This document shows positions 1-9,260 of a DNA stretch of 64,000 nt, piece after piece. Positions within the stretch are counted from its first letter, which is position 1; every line of letters begins with the position of its first letter. The translations under genes and the position numbers were made by a program. The notes under the pieces are model-generated. The model ran no database searches and was not told where the DNA came from. It worked only from the letters and a program-made list of their open reading frames with translations. The stretch is from Candidatus Krumholzibacteriales bacterium (GTDB taxonomy: Bacteria > Krumholzibacteriota > Krumholzibacteriia > Krumholzibacteriales > WJIX01): positions 32,001 to 96,000 of the forward strand of contig JAWODM010000046.1 in assembly GCA_046483305.1 (NCBI GenBank), read 5' to 3'.

Positions 1-439
1 TCCTGTTCTCGCTGGCGCGGATGAACTTGACACCTATCGAAATATCCTCGTTGATCTCGTAACCGTAGAGGAGCATCCACTTGGTGTCGAGCCAGCTGGT
101 GAACGCACTACTGTTCATCCAGTCCATACCGCCAACATCGAAGTAATAATTGTTCGGACCGTCCATATCTTCGTTGAAGAAGATACCGAAGGTTCCATAG
201 TCTCCATACTCGCCTATGCTCTTGGTGAGACCGTACATACCGTATTCTTCCTGCCAGTCGATGAGGAAGAGGTTGGCATAGGAGGGGAGAGTGGCCGGCC
301 AGTCAAAGACATTGGCGTCGTCTTCCACATACTTGTGGACGCCGCCCATGGCGCGCAGCCTGCTCTCCGTAGCCATCGAGGGAGCCGCAACAGCAGCTAC
401 CAGGATGACGGCCAGAGTGATTGCGAAAAACCTTTTCAT
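1..439 (-). CDS. Secreted protein, probable outer-membrane beta-barrel/porin (5' part only, runs off the window)
   Basis: Hand translation: MKRFFAITLAVILVAAVAAPSMATESRLRAMGGVHKYVEDDANVFDWPATLPSYANLFLIDW... Sec signal peptide, AGGAGG SD at 445-450, rich in aromatic residues and Gly, no stop before position 1. Not in the ORF track. Confidence 0.7.
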   Translation of the reverse strand, partial: MKRFFAITLAVILVAAVAAPSMATESRLRAMGGVHKYVEDDANVFDWPATLPSYANLFLIDWQEEYGMYGLTKSIGEYGDYGTFGIFFNEDMDGPNNYYFDVGGMDWMNSSAFTSWLDTKWMLLYGYEINEDISIGVKFIRASENR

Positions 440-701
440 TACAACCTCCTGTAATCTGTCCCCCTGACGGGGAACATCCAGGAACTTCTCTATTTCACCG
501 CTCATTACGCGGATAGTTCCAATTAACCAATTAATACGAGGCACTGCCTGCTGCAGTATGCCTGTTTATTCCTTATCCCCCCTTTCACTGGTTTAGTTTT
601 ACATTCTGTTCAGTGACTTCATTCTGCCGGCAGCTGCCGGTTTTTACTGCTTAAAGCCTCTTTTACACAGCAAAAAATACACTTACCCTTATTTTTGCCG
701 T

Positions 702-730
702 AAAGTATACCAGCTGAAATACTCTGTCAA
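702..730 (-). promoter_or_regulatory. Putative sigma70 promoter for the OMP gene
   Basis: TTGACA (730-725), then TATACT at 15 bp or TACTTT at 17 bp. AT-rich UP-like tract upstream. Confidence 0.5.
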
Positions 731-811
731 CAGTTTTTTTGCATTTTTTTTATTTTTTATCTCCATTAACATGCCGAAATCTATATTTTTACAAAACTAT
801 CCAATCAGATT

Positions 812-1648
812 TTACAGAACGAGAACCGCCCTGCAGACGTTTTTTCCGCTTAAACTGCAGTCCGGATGATCCAGATTCTCTATCCTGACCGACCCCCTGC
901 AGTGAATAAAATTCCCTCTCCCGGCTGAGATCGCCACATGATTTATTCCCTTCCCGCCGCTGAAGAAAATCAGAGCGCCGGGGCGGTTTCGAACAGCGTC
1001 CTCCGGGTCTATCTCCTCCCCGGATTCGGCCTGAAGGTCTGAATCTCTTGGCAGAATCACACCTTCCATATCGAAAACCCTCTTCACCAGCCCCGAACAG
1101 TCGAATCCTCTGGAGGTGGCCCCTCCCCAGAGGTAGGGGACTCCCATGAAACCGGCCGCTCTCCTGAGAACACCAGCCGGACCTGTTTCAACTGGAGGGC
1201 CGGCGCCGGCGGTGGCGCTTCTATCCATGAAACCCTCGTCTCCCGAGGGTAAAGTTACCCTGAGAAAACTTCCGCCCCCGTTATCATCGGCGGCTATACG
1301 GCTTCCCGCCACCATCTCCTCCATGCAGAGGCTGTGATGTGCCGGTTCTGAATATATCCTCGCTGTATTGGATACCACCATTTTATTGACCTTCATTCCA
1401 TATTCCTCGATATGCCGCCTGCTTACGCTCAGAACACCCCTGTCGGCGACCCAGCCGCAGTAACCGTCAGCCATCCTTACCAGGTACCAGCCGTTATCCC
1501 GGCGGTAAGCCCTGAGCTCCTCCCCCATCAGCGCCTGGGTAAGAAGTTCCGAACCGGATGAGGGCCCCTTTCTTATATTAACGGAGCCGGCATTCACCAG
1601 TAACAGATTTTCATCCTTCATGTCCGCGATTCCAACTAGCAATATCAA
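812..1648 (-). CDS. SH3-domain NlpC/P60 (C40) peptidase, YkfC/dipeptidyl-peptidase VI-like
   Basis: Two SH3b-like segments, then PYLWGG...GFDCSG...LPRDS..Q...HVAI...FIHC (Cys-His-His triad). Start uncertain. Confidence 0.9.
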   Translation of the reverse strand: MILLVGIADMKDENLLLVNAGSVNIRKGPSSGSELLTQALMGEELRAYRRDNGWYLVRMADGYCGWVADRGVLSVSRRHIEEYGMKVNKMVVSNTARIYSEPAHHSLCMEEMVAGSRIAADDNGGGSFLRVTLPSGDEGFMDRSATAGAGPPVETGPAGVLRRAAGFMGVPYLWGGATSRGFDCSGLVKRVFDMEGVILPRDSDLQAESGEEIDPEDAVRNRPGALIFFSGGKGINHVAISAGRGNFIHCRGSVRIENLDHPDCSLSGKNVCRAVLVL

Positions 1649-1898
1649 TGCCGGAAGTGGCTTCCAGCAGCCTCTTCCCTCCCCCCTTCCCGGTTATTAT
1701 ATCTACTCCCGGCCTCCCGGCCAGGGCTTTGAATAATCTCTTCTCCACTACCAGTTCAAAGGGCCGCTCCCCTGAAAAGGGAATATAACATATCGAAAAC
1801 CTGCCGTCGATCCCTGACTTCTCCCGCGCTCCAGCTATCAGGAGCTTCAGCTTCCGATAATATTCATCACCGGCAACGATTTTAACCCCCCTTTCATA

Positions 1899-2747
1899 TC
1901 ATATACTCTTTCTGAAATCTACTCTCCGGGTGTCCAGCATATCCCGGAGCCCGTCGCCCACCAGATTGAGAGAACATACGGTAAGGGTGAGGGCCAGGCC
2001 CGGGAAGATGGTCAGCCACCAGGCGGAGCGCATGAATATTATCCCGTCCGATATCATCCTGCCCCAGCTGGGATCAGGCGGCTGAACACCGAGCCCCAGG
2101 AAGCTGAGACTCGACTCGGCCATGATCGCCATCCCCAGTCCCAGGGTATAGACAACTATCAGCGGAGAGAGGCATTGCGGGAGTATGTGCTTTGTAATCA
2201 ATGAGATATCGCTGGCGCCAGCCGCCCTGGCAGCCTGGACGTACTCCCTTTCCCTGACTGCCAGGACCTGGCCCCTGACCAGCCTGGCTATAGCGGCCCA
2301 GCCCACAAAACCAAGTACCACAGAGAGTGTACCCAGGCCGGGCGTTACCACCGCCATTACCGCAATCAGAAGGAGCAGGGTGGGAAAGGCGAATGTAATA
2401 TCAGCAAGCCTCATTATAATGGAGTCGATCTTCTTTCCGTAGAAACCGGCGGTCAGCCCGGTTATCAGCCCGATAATAAGGGAAATGGTCCTGGCGGAGA
2501 ATCCAACCATCAGAGAGACCCTGGAACCTTTCAGGACCCTCGAGAAAAGGTCCCTCCCGAATGAATCAGTTCCGAAGGGGTGTTCAAGAGACGGGGGTTT
2601 CAGCGAGTTTTCCAGGTCGGTCCCCGCCTGCTCATCCAGAAAGCCGGCCAGAAGAGCCCCGGCGGCGATTACCAGCAGGATGAGCATCCCCGCGGCAGCT
2701 CCCCGGTTTCCCCTGAAACCCGTGATTGATTTTCTCAATTTATTCAT
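1899..2747 (-). CDS. Dipeptide/oligopeptide ABC permease (DppC/OppC)
   Basis: HPFGTDSFGRDLFSRV, EYVQAARAAGA (EAA loop), ESSLSFLGLG, GDGLRD. Confidence 0.93.
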   Translation of the reverse strand: MNKLRKSITGFRGNRGAAAGMLILLVIAAGALLAGFLDEQAGTDLENSLKPPSLEHPFGTDSFGRDLFSRVLKGSRVSLMVGFSARTISLIIGLITGLTAGFYGKKIDSIIMRLADITFAFPTLLLLIAVMAVVTPGLGTLSVVLGFVGWAAIARLVRGQVLAVREREYVQAARAAGASDISLITKHILPQCLSPLIVVYTLGLGMAIMAESSLSFLGLGVQPPDPSWGRMISDGIIFMRSAWWLTIFPGLALTLTVCSLNLVGDGLRDMLDTRRVDFRKSI

Positions 2748-2823
2748 TTCAGCTCCGCAATCGCGCCTCTATTCAGAACAGGCAGCCACAAACCGGCAGA
2801 AAATTTGCCGGGCGGGCGGGAAA

Positions 2824-3756
2824 TTAACCTTTCCTGAGCCGTATCCTGGGATCCACGATACCGTAACTTATGTCCACAGCAAGGTTTACCAGAATAAAAA
2901 GCACCGCCATAAACAGGACAGATCCCTGAATCACCGGAAAATCCCTCTTCAGGATGGCCCGGACAATAAACCTGCCCAGACCCGGCCACCCGAATATCGA
3001 CTCGGTAAGAACAGACCCGCTGAGGTAACTCCCGAAATCAGTTCCAACTATTGTAATTACAGGTATAAGAGCATTTCTGAACAGGTGCTTTCCGTAAACC
3101 ATGAATTCGTTCAGTCCCTTCGCCCTCGCAGTTCTGGCGAACTCTTCAGATGATATTTCCAGAAAAGCGGACCTGGAAACCCTCGCCACCGTCGCCAGGG
3201 AAGCGAAAGAGAGCGTTATGGCGGGTAGTATCAGGTAGCTCACCGAACCCCCTCCGTAGCCGGAAGGGGGAAGCAGGGACAGTTTAATCGAAAACAGGTA
3301 TATCATCAGAAGGCCCAGCCAGAAAACCGGTATGGAGACTCCCACCAGGGAACCCATCATCAGCATCCGGCCCAGCCACCGGAATCTATCCAGAGCGGAT
3401 ATTACGCCGATAGCGAGCCCCCCCGCCACCGCCAGGAACATCGCGCTGGCGGCAAGGAGCAGGGTACGGGGGAAGTATTCCCTGATCGAATCGATTACCG
3501 GCCTCCCGGTTACGAATGACCTTCCCAGGTCCAGGCGGGCAGTATCCAGCAGGTAATGGAGATACCTCAACGGAAGCGGCTGATTCAGCCCCATTTCCTC
3601 CCGAAGCCTTTCCAGAGTCTCGGCGTCGTAGCGCTCCCCCACCAGTGAGAGCACCGGGTCTCCCGGAATAACATACATTATGATGAAGGTGACCGTGGCC
3701 ACGCCAAGCAGAATTGGTATCAGCTGCAGAAATCTCTTGTATATGTACCGGCCCAT
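2824..3756 (-). CDS. Dipeptide/oligopeptide ABC permease (DppB/OppB)
   Basis: PGDP, GLNQPL, LDLGRS, TARAKGL, ESIFGWPGLG, DPRIR. Confidence 0.93.
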   Translation of the reverse strand: MGRYIYKRFLQLIPILLGVATVTFIIMYVIPGDPVLSLVGERYDAETLERLREEMGLNQPLPLRYLHYLLDTARLDLGRSFVTGRPVIDSIREYFPRTLLLAASAMFLAVAGGLAIGVISALDRFRWLGRMLMMGSLVGVSIPVFWLGLLMIYLFSIKLSLLPPSGYGGGSVSYLILPAITLSFASLATVARVSRSAFLEISSEEFARTARAKGLNEFMVYGKHLFRNALIPVITIVGTDFGSYLSGSVLTESIFGWPGLGRFIVRAILKRDFPVIQGSVLFMAVLFILVNLAVDISYGIVDPRIRLRKG

Positions 3757-3770
3757 CCGCTGACCGTCCT

Positions 3771-5321
3771 TCAGAGCGAAACGTTCAGGTAACGCTGTCC
3801 GTTAAATATCAGGGGCATTCTGTATCCGTCTACCCTGGGAGATACCGCTTCGTATTTTACCGGGAACCAGAGAAATATCCAGGGGGCATCCCTGTATATT
3901 ATATCTTCCGTCTCTTCCAGTATCTTTATTCTTCTGTCATTATCCACGCACCGGGAAGCCAGGTAGATCAGGGAATCCACCTCCGGGCTCCGGTACCCGG
4001 TCCGGTTACCGCTGCCGCCGATATTGGAGGAGTGAAAAAGGGGCGCTATGAAGTTCTCGCAGTCGGGGTAATCGGCAAACCAGTCCAGATAGAACGCATC
4101 CGGGGTGCCCTGGTTCACCGCCTGCTTGAAAGCGCTCCAGTCCCTGGTCACCAGCTTGACATCCACCCCCGCATCTCCCAGGAAAGCCTGCACGCTCTCC
4201 AGTATCCTGCCCCCGGAAAAAGACTCCCTCTGCCATATCTCCATCTCAAAACCACCGGGGAATCCAGCTTCCGCGAGAAGGCTTTCGGCTCTCTCCGGAT
4301 TGTAGGGGTAGAGATCGGCTCCCCTGCCTCCGTTCTTGAGGGCGGGAGGGATAACCCCATGCGCCTCTATGGCGGCGCCGAAAAGTATCCTGGAGATTAT
4401 CGCTTCCACGTCCACCGCCAGATTAAGAGCCTTCCTGACCCTGATATCATTGAAGGGAGCCCTGCTCAGGTTCAATCCTATATATACCACCCTGAGCTCC
4501 TCTTTCCTTTCCAGCCTGATCCCCCCTGTCTTCCACCTCTCCAGTTCGGCGTAAGGGATTTCCAGTATATCCAGGTTTCCCACTTCAAATTCCGCAATCC
4601 TGGTCATGGTTTCCGGTATGAGCCTGTAAGTCAGGCCTTCCAGGGAAATGCCCTCACCCGGGAAACCGGGATTTCTCACCAGGCTGATCACTTCCCCTTC
4701 CACCCATCTGTCCAGCATCCATGGACCACTTCCGCAGGGGGCTCTGCCATATGATGCTCCGCCCTCCACCGATTCGCGGCATACCACGCCGGCGGCCGGC
4801 ATGGTAAGAAGGCTCAGAAAATGAGCAACCGGTTCTTCAAGCCTGAGGACAAGAGTCGAATCATCGACGGCTTCAGCTCCCGCCCCGTTCCACCCGGCGC
4901 CGTTATGGAAGGCGACCGCTCCCCTGAGGGGCTTGAGGATCCACCAGCGGGGAGATAGGGTGGAGGGAGACAGCACTCTTCTGAAAGAGTAAACTACATC
5001 AGACGCCGTTACCTCTCTTCCGTTGCTGAAACGGAACTCTCCCAGATGGAAGGTATACACTCTGCCGTCAGCGGACAGATCCCAGCTGGAGGCCAGGTCC
5101 GGCCGGATCCGGCCCTCCGGATCAACCCGGACCAGGTTGGAATGTATCAGGGAGGTAATCACGCCCGACGAATAGTCAACGGCGCCTGCCGGGTCAAGAT
5201 TGGAAGGTTCGGTCTGGAACGCTCTCCTTAGAATTCCGGGAGGAGCTTCCCCGGTGCAGGAGAGCAAAGCCCGGGACAAGCATATTAACAAGACAAATAT
5301 TTTTAAGTTGCTGTATTTCAT
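3771..5321 (-). CDS. Peptide ABC transporter substrate-binding lipoprotein (family 5, DppA/OppA-like)
   Basis: Lipobox-like LLSC, LDPA, PDLASSW, FSNGREVTASDVVYSF, GSGPW, VRKALNLAVD. Confidence 0.92.
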   Translation of the reverse strand: MKYSNLKIFVLLICLSRALLSCTGEAPPGILRRAFQTEPSNLDPAGAVDYSSGVITSLIHSNLVRVDPEGRIRPDLASSWDLSADGRVYTFHLGEFRFSNGREVTASDVVYSFRRVLSPSTLSPRWWILKPLRGAVAFHNGAGWNGAGAEAVDDSTLVLRLEEPVAHFLSLLTMPAAGVVCRESVEGGASYGRAPCGSGPWMLDRWVEGEVISLVRNPGFPGEGISLEGLTYRLIPETMTRIAEFEVGNLDILEIPYAELERWKTGGIRLERKEELRVVYIGLNLSRAPFNDIRVRKALNLAVDVEAIISRILFGAAIEAHGVIPPALKNGGRGADLYPYNPERAESLLAEAGFPGGFEMEIWQRESFSGGRILESVQAFLGDAGVDVKLVTRDWSAFKQAVNQGTPDAFYLDWFADYPDCENFIAPLFHSSNIGGSGNRTGYRSPEVDSLIYLASRCVDNDRRIKILEETEDIIYRDAPWIFLWFPVKYEAVSPRVDGYRMPLIFNGQRYLNVSL

Positions 5322-5328
5322 CCTTTTA

Positions 5329-6582
5329 TCAGATGTTCCTGGTATCGATCAATCTGAAATCCCCGGTCCCGAAATTATCCACGAAAACGTACATTATACC
5401 CAGGGAATAATAGTACCAGAGATTGTAACGCTCTCCACCCCACCTGCTCCAGCGGGTAACGGTCCTGTCCGGTTTCCCGTTCCTGATATAAACCCTTCCC
5501 ATATCAGTTTCCCATCCCGGCCTGCTTCCCGAGAAATGTTCCGCGGCGTAAGATATTCTATCCCGGAAATCGTCCAGGTTGTTCCGGGGCCCTTCCTGCC
5601 AGAACTTTTTCCAGGCTTCCAGCCTCCCGGAAGGCGGCGACTCAGTCAGAATATCCAGTTCCTCCTCCGAGGCAACCAGAGATATAAGGTCTATGGTATT
5701 CTCAAAATCACCGGTGAGAGCCTGAAGGTTGATGAGAATTACAAAACCCTCCTGAAATCCCGACTCCTCCTTTCCGTCGGAGGCATTAACGGCCAGAGTG
5801 TAGCCGCCCGGTTCATAATCATCCACGTTCATATCCACATTAATTTTAACGGTTCTGTCACTGGATGTCATGAACCGTCCACGGTTGTAGAAGATGGTTT
5901 CATCATTCATGTTCCGGATTCTGACAGAGACCTCCACCCCGCCCATGGAAGAGGGGGATGAAATGGTGACCGCGCCCCTCAGCCAGGAACCTGGATCCGT
6001 ATATACCCCGGATACCCTCCTGATGAACCGGTCCATATCCGAAGTTCCCCCAGACAGCCTGATCTCACCCGCCGGGGGCTTATCCTTTTCGCTCTCGGGG
6101 GGAGAGATAAAAAAGACGGGCTCCGAGATAAATATATCAGATTCAGAGAGAGTTATGGCCGTCTGGCGGCTGTATTTTATCCTGGTCCCTTTTATCTCCA
6201 CCACCGTTTTGACTTTATAATCTCCGGGAGGCAGATATATCTTCCTGTTTATATTCAACGCTTTCTTGGAACTCCTGGTCTCGCTGTAGCTTCCGGCTTC
6301 CACTTCGCCGCTGAATACCTCCCCTCTGGCCATCCTCTCCTCGCCGCTGCGGTAGAATTGCAGGTATACCCGGTATCCCGCCCTGTAACTCTCCTCTTCA
6401 CGGAAGAAGACCAGGCGGCTGTATTTAATCTCCAGGGTCAGGTCTATATATACCTTTCCGCTGTCGTCGCTGGCCTGAACAGCGGCTACCTGAAAGGGTT
6501 GAGCTCTGGAAGGCGCCTGAGCGCCAGCTGCCCGGGAAAGGATCAGGATCAATAACAGAATGGAAGCAATACGAAATTTCAT
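5329..6582 (-). CDS. GWxTD domain-containing secreted protein
   Basis: Signal peptide, beta-rich N-terminal region, C-terminal FW...FRDRISYA...PGWETDMGRVYIRNGKPD...W.Y. Confidence 0.88.
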   Translation of the reverse strand: MKFRIASILLLILILSRAAGAQAPSRAQPFQVAAVQASDDSGKVYIDLTLEIKYSRLVFFREEESYRAGYRVYLQFYRSGEERMARGEVFSGEVEAGSYSETRSSKKALNINRKIYLPPGDYKVKTVVEIKGTRIKYSRQTAITLSESDIFISEPVFFISPPESEKDKPPAGEIRLSGGTSDMDRFIRRVSGVYTDPGSWLRGAVTISSPSSMGGVEVSVRIRNMNDETIFYNRGRFMTSSDRTVKINVDMNVDDYEPGGYTLAVNASDGKEESGFQEGFVILINLQALTGDFENTIDLISLVASEEELDILTESPPSGRLEAWKKFWQEGPRNNLDDFRDRISYAAEHFSGSRPGWETDMGRVYIRNGKPDRTVTRWSRWGGERYNLWYYYSLGIMYVFVDNFGTGDFRLIDTRNI

Positions 6583-6622
6583 TCATTCATTCCAGGTTCA
6601 GTTATTACAGTGTGCCCTGTGA

Positions 6623-6651
6623 ATTATACCCTCTGACCCTGGCTATAGCAA
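6623..6651 (-). promoter_or_regulatory. Sigma70 promoter for the GWxTD-dppABC-NlpC/P60 unit
   Basis: TTGCTA (6651-6646), 17 bp, TATAAT (6628-6623). Confidence 0.7.
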
Positions 6652-6713
6652 CACTGATTTAATATTAGCGCGCCCGCCCGGAATCAGGAACCCCTTGACG
6701 AAAGGGAAGGGGG

Positions 6714-7988
6714 TTATTCGTAGTGGAGAGCTTTTATCGGATCCATATTGGCAGCCCGGTTGGCCGGGTACAGCCCGAATATAAGCCCGATGGAGGCTGA
6801 AGAAAGTACCGCCACAATTATCCAGATAAACGGAACCGAATAGGGAAAACTTATAAGGTTGGATATACCATATGCGGCCAGCATTCCCAGAAGGATACCG
6901 ATCACGCCGCCTATACCGGTAAGGGTGGCCGCTTCAACCAGAAACTGCTGCATCACATCCCTCTTTCTGGCCCCCATCGCCATCCTTATTCCTATCTCCC
7001 TGGTCCTTTCGGTAACTGATATGAGCATTATATTCATCACCCCTATACCCCCCACCATAAGTCCTATTGAGGAGATGACAACCAGAACCAGGCCGATATA
7101 CCTGGTGACATTGTTAATCATCTCCCTGAAAGTCTCCGAGGAGGCAATGTGGAAGTTATTCTCTCCGCCTGGTCTGACCCCCCTTCTTCTTCTGAGGAGG
7201 CCGGTTATTTCCTCTTTTCCATCCTCCAGAGTGAATCCGCTGCGCACGGTAGCCGCTATATTATACTGATCATTCTCGCCGGACATGTCCTTCTCAAACA
7301 CCGTATACGGAATAACCGCAAAATTGTCGCTCATCCCCCCCATGAAATGCTCCCTGGACTCCATTACCCCCACCACCCTGTACCGGTGAGAGCCTACCTT
7401 GAGGACCTTTCCTATCGGGTCCCTTACCGGGAAAAGATTTTCGGCCGGGCCGCTTCCCAGAACTATAACCCTTGACTTATGGTCCAGCTCGAACCTGGTA
7501 AAAAACCTTCCCCGCCCGACTGAAAAACTGAACATACTGCCGAAGTTGTGGCTGGCACCCACGATCTGAATAAAATCGGTTCTTTCCTTTCCGTAACGGA
7601 GAATACTGGCTCCACCCTGAGGTGAAATCTGCAGGTCAACCTGCTCGACCGTTTCACACTCCGTTTCTATGGCCCGGGCATCCGCCGCCGTCAACTTTTC
7701 TCTTCTAAGCAGGTCCCTCCTGTCGCGCGAATCAGTGAAAGGGTCGAACCTGCTTATCAGAAGATAAGGACGGTTTACGCTCATTATATCCAATTCCACT
7801 CTCTTTCCCAGCCCGGACATTACCGTAACCATCGCCAGCACCGTAGTTACACCTATCGCCACCCCGAGAATAAGGAGGGAGGAACGCAGTTTGTGGGTCC
7901 TGATTATCTCCAGCGCCTGGATCAGGTTTTGACGCCACACCTGTCCGCTCTTTTCTTCCGTTCTGTTATTGTATCCTCCGCCGGCCAC
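6714..7988 (-). CDS. MacB/FtsX-like ABC permease
   Basis: KLRSSLLILGVAIG, periplasmic MacB core, VGGIGVMNIMLISVTERTREIGIRMAMGA, PANRAANMDPIKALHYE. Confidence 0.92.
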   Translation of the reverse strand: MAGGGYNNRTEEKSGQVWRQNLIQALEIIRTHKLRSSLLILGVAIGVTTVLAMVTVMSGLGKRVELDIMSVNRPYLLISRFDPFTDSRDRRDLLRREKLTAADARAIETECETVEQVDLQISPQGGASILRYGKERTDFIQIVGASHNFGSMFSFSVGRGRFFTRFELDHKSRVIVLGSGPAENLFPVRDPIGKVLKVGSHRYRVVGVMESREHFMGGMSDNFAVIPYTVFEKDMSGENDQYNIAATVRSGFTLEDGKEEITGLLRRRRGVRPGGENNFHIASSETFREMINNVTRYIGLVLVVISSIGLMVGGIGVMNIMLISVTERTREIGIRMAMGARKRDVMQQFLVEAATLTGIGGVIGILLGMLAAYGISNLISFPYSVPFIWIIVAVLSSASIGLIFGLYPANRAANMDPIKALHYE

Positions 7989-8000
7989 TTTCCTGTCCTC

Positions 8001-9236
8001 CTATTCGTAATGCAGGGCAACCACAGGGTCGAGGGCTGCCGCCTTGCTCGCCGGATACGTACCGAAGATAACGCCTATCAGGAAGGTTACGGTAAGGCCT
8101 GCCGCAATAGACCATGGCGCTATGATATAGGGCAGCGGAGAAACAAAGGATATCACCGCCGCTATGGTAAACCCTATGATAATTCCTATCATTCCGCCCA
8201 CCAGCGAAAGGGTCACCGATTCGACTATGAACTGCCATATTATGTTAACTCTCCTGGCGCCCATCGCCTTCCTTATCCCAATCTCCCGGGTCCTTTCGGT
8301 GACCGAAACCAGCATGATATTCATCAGCACAATACCCCCGATCACCAGAGCGATGGAAACCAGGAAGATCAAGGCCTTGAATATCGAGCTGGACAGGCTT
8401 TTCCATAGGGAAATCAGTTGTTCCGAAGTAGAGATAGCGAAGTCATTCGTTTCTCCGGGCCGCAGCCCGTGCCTTATCCGCATAGCCACAGTGGCCTCTT
8501 CTATGGACCGCTGAAGGTATTCCACGTCCTCTGACTTTACCTTTATTTCTAAGGAGGTCCTGGAACCGTAAATTTTAAGAAATCTTGTGACAGGTATATA
8601 GACAAAGCGGTTTCTCGATTCGCCAAAAATGGTGCCCTGATCCTCAATAACCCCTATGACCTCAAAGTGCTGTCCCCCTATCTTGATAGTCTTGCCGATC
8701 GGATTCCTGTTATCAAAAAGGCTGGTGTAGATATCCCAGCCTATTACGGCCACTTTCCTGCTTCGTTTTACCTCCAGCCTGGATATATGCCTGCCCGCGA
8801 AGAGATCGACATTCTCCAGCACCGGGTATTCCTCAGACCTTCCCCTTATCCTGATATTATCGAAAGATTCATCCAGGAAGGATACCTGGTCCCGCCCGTT
8901 CGCCCCGCCGCCGATGCTGGATGCCGAAGGGACCATCTCCTTGAGGTAATCAACGTCATCGAGGCGGATAATCCTGTTCCTGGCTACCGCTTCCAGGAAA
9001 GTGTCCAGGTCTGTTATGGCTTCCAGAAAGTTGATCCTCTCGATGGTAAATACGTTGCTGCCCTCGCTGGCAACCTCTTCCTTTACATAATCGTCAATAC
9101 CGCCTATAAGCGACACTACAGCAATAACAGACATGGTCCCCACTATATTGCCAAGCAGGGTCAGAAAAGTCCGCAGTTTGTTATCAATCAAAGCCCTCAG
9201 GGCTATTCTTACACCTTCAAGAGTCATCCTTACCAA
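8001..9236 (-). CDS. MacB/FtsX-like ABC permease (second paralog)
   Basis: NKLRTFLTLLG, GGIVLMNIMLVSVTERTREIGIRKAMGA, PASKAAALDPVVALHYE. Confidence 0.92.
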   Translation of the reverse strand: MVRMTLEGVRIALRALIDNKLRTFLTLLGNIVGTMSVIAVVSLIGGIDDYVKEEVASEGSNVFTIERINFLEAITDLDTFLEAVARNRIIRLDDVDYLKEMVPSASSIGGGANGRDQVSFLDESFDNIRIRGRSEEYPVLENVDLFAGRHISRLEVKRSRKVAVIGWDIYTSLFDNRNPIGKTIKIGGQHFEVIGVIEDQGTIFGESRNRFVYIPVTRFLKIYGSRTSLEIKVKSEDVEYLQRSIEEATVAMRIRHGLRPGETNDFAISTSEQLISLWKSLSSSIFKALIFLVSIALVIGGIVLMNIMLVSVTERTREIGIRKAMGARRVNIIWQFIVESVTLSLVGGMIGIIIGFTIAAVISFVSPLPYIIAPWSIAAGLTVTFLIGVIFGTYPASKAAALDPVVALHYE

Positions 9237-9260
9237 TTGATCCCTTACTGCCGCGGGCGT

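Noticed and set aside
1899..1901. Selenocysteine or recoded TGA read-through of dppC
   Set aside because: The permease is complete at this stop, I see no SECIS-like hairpin after it, and TGA acts as a normal stop for other genes here.
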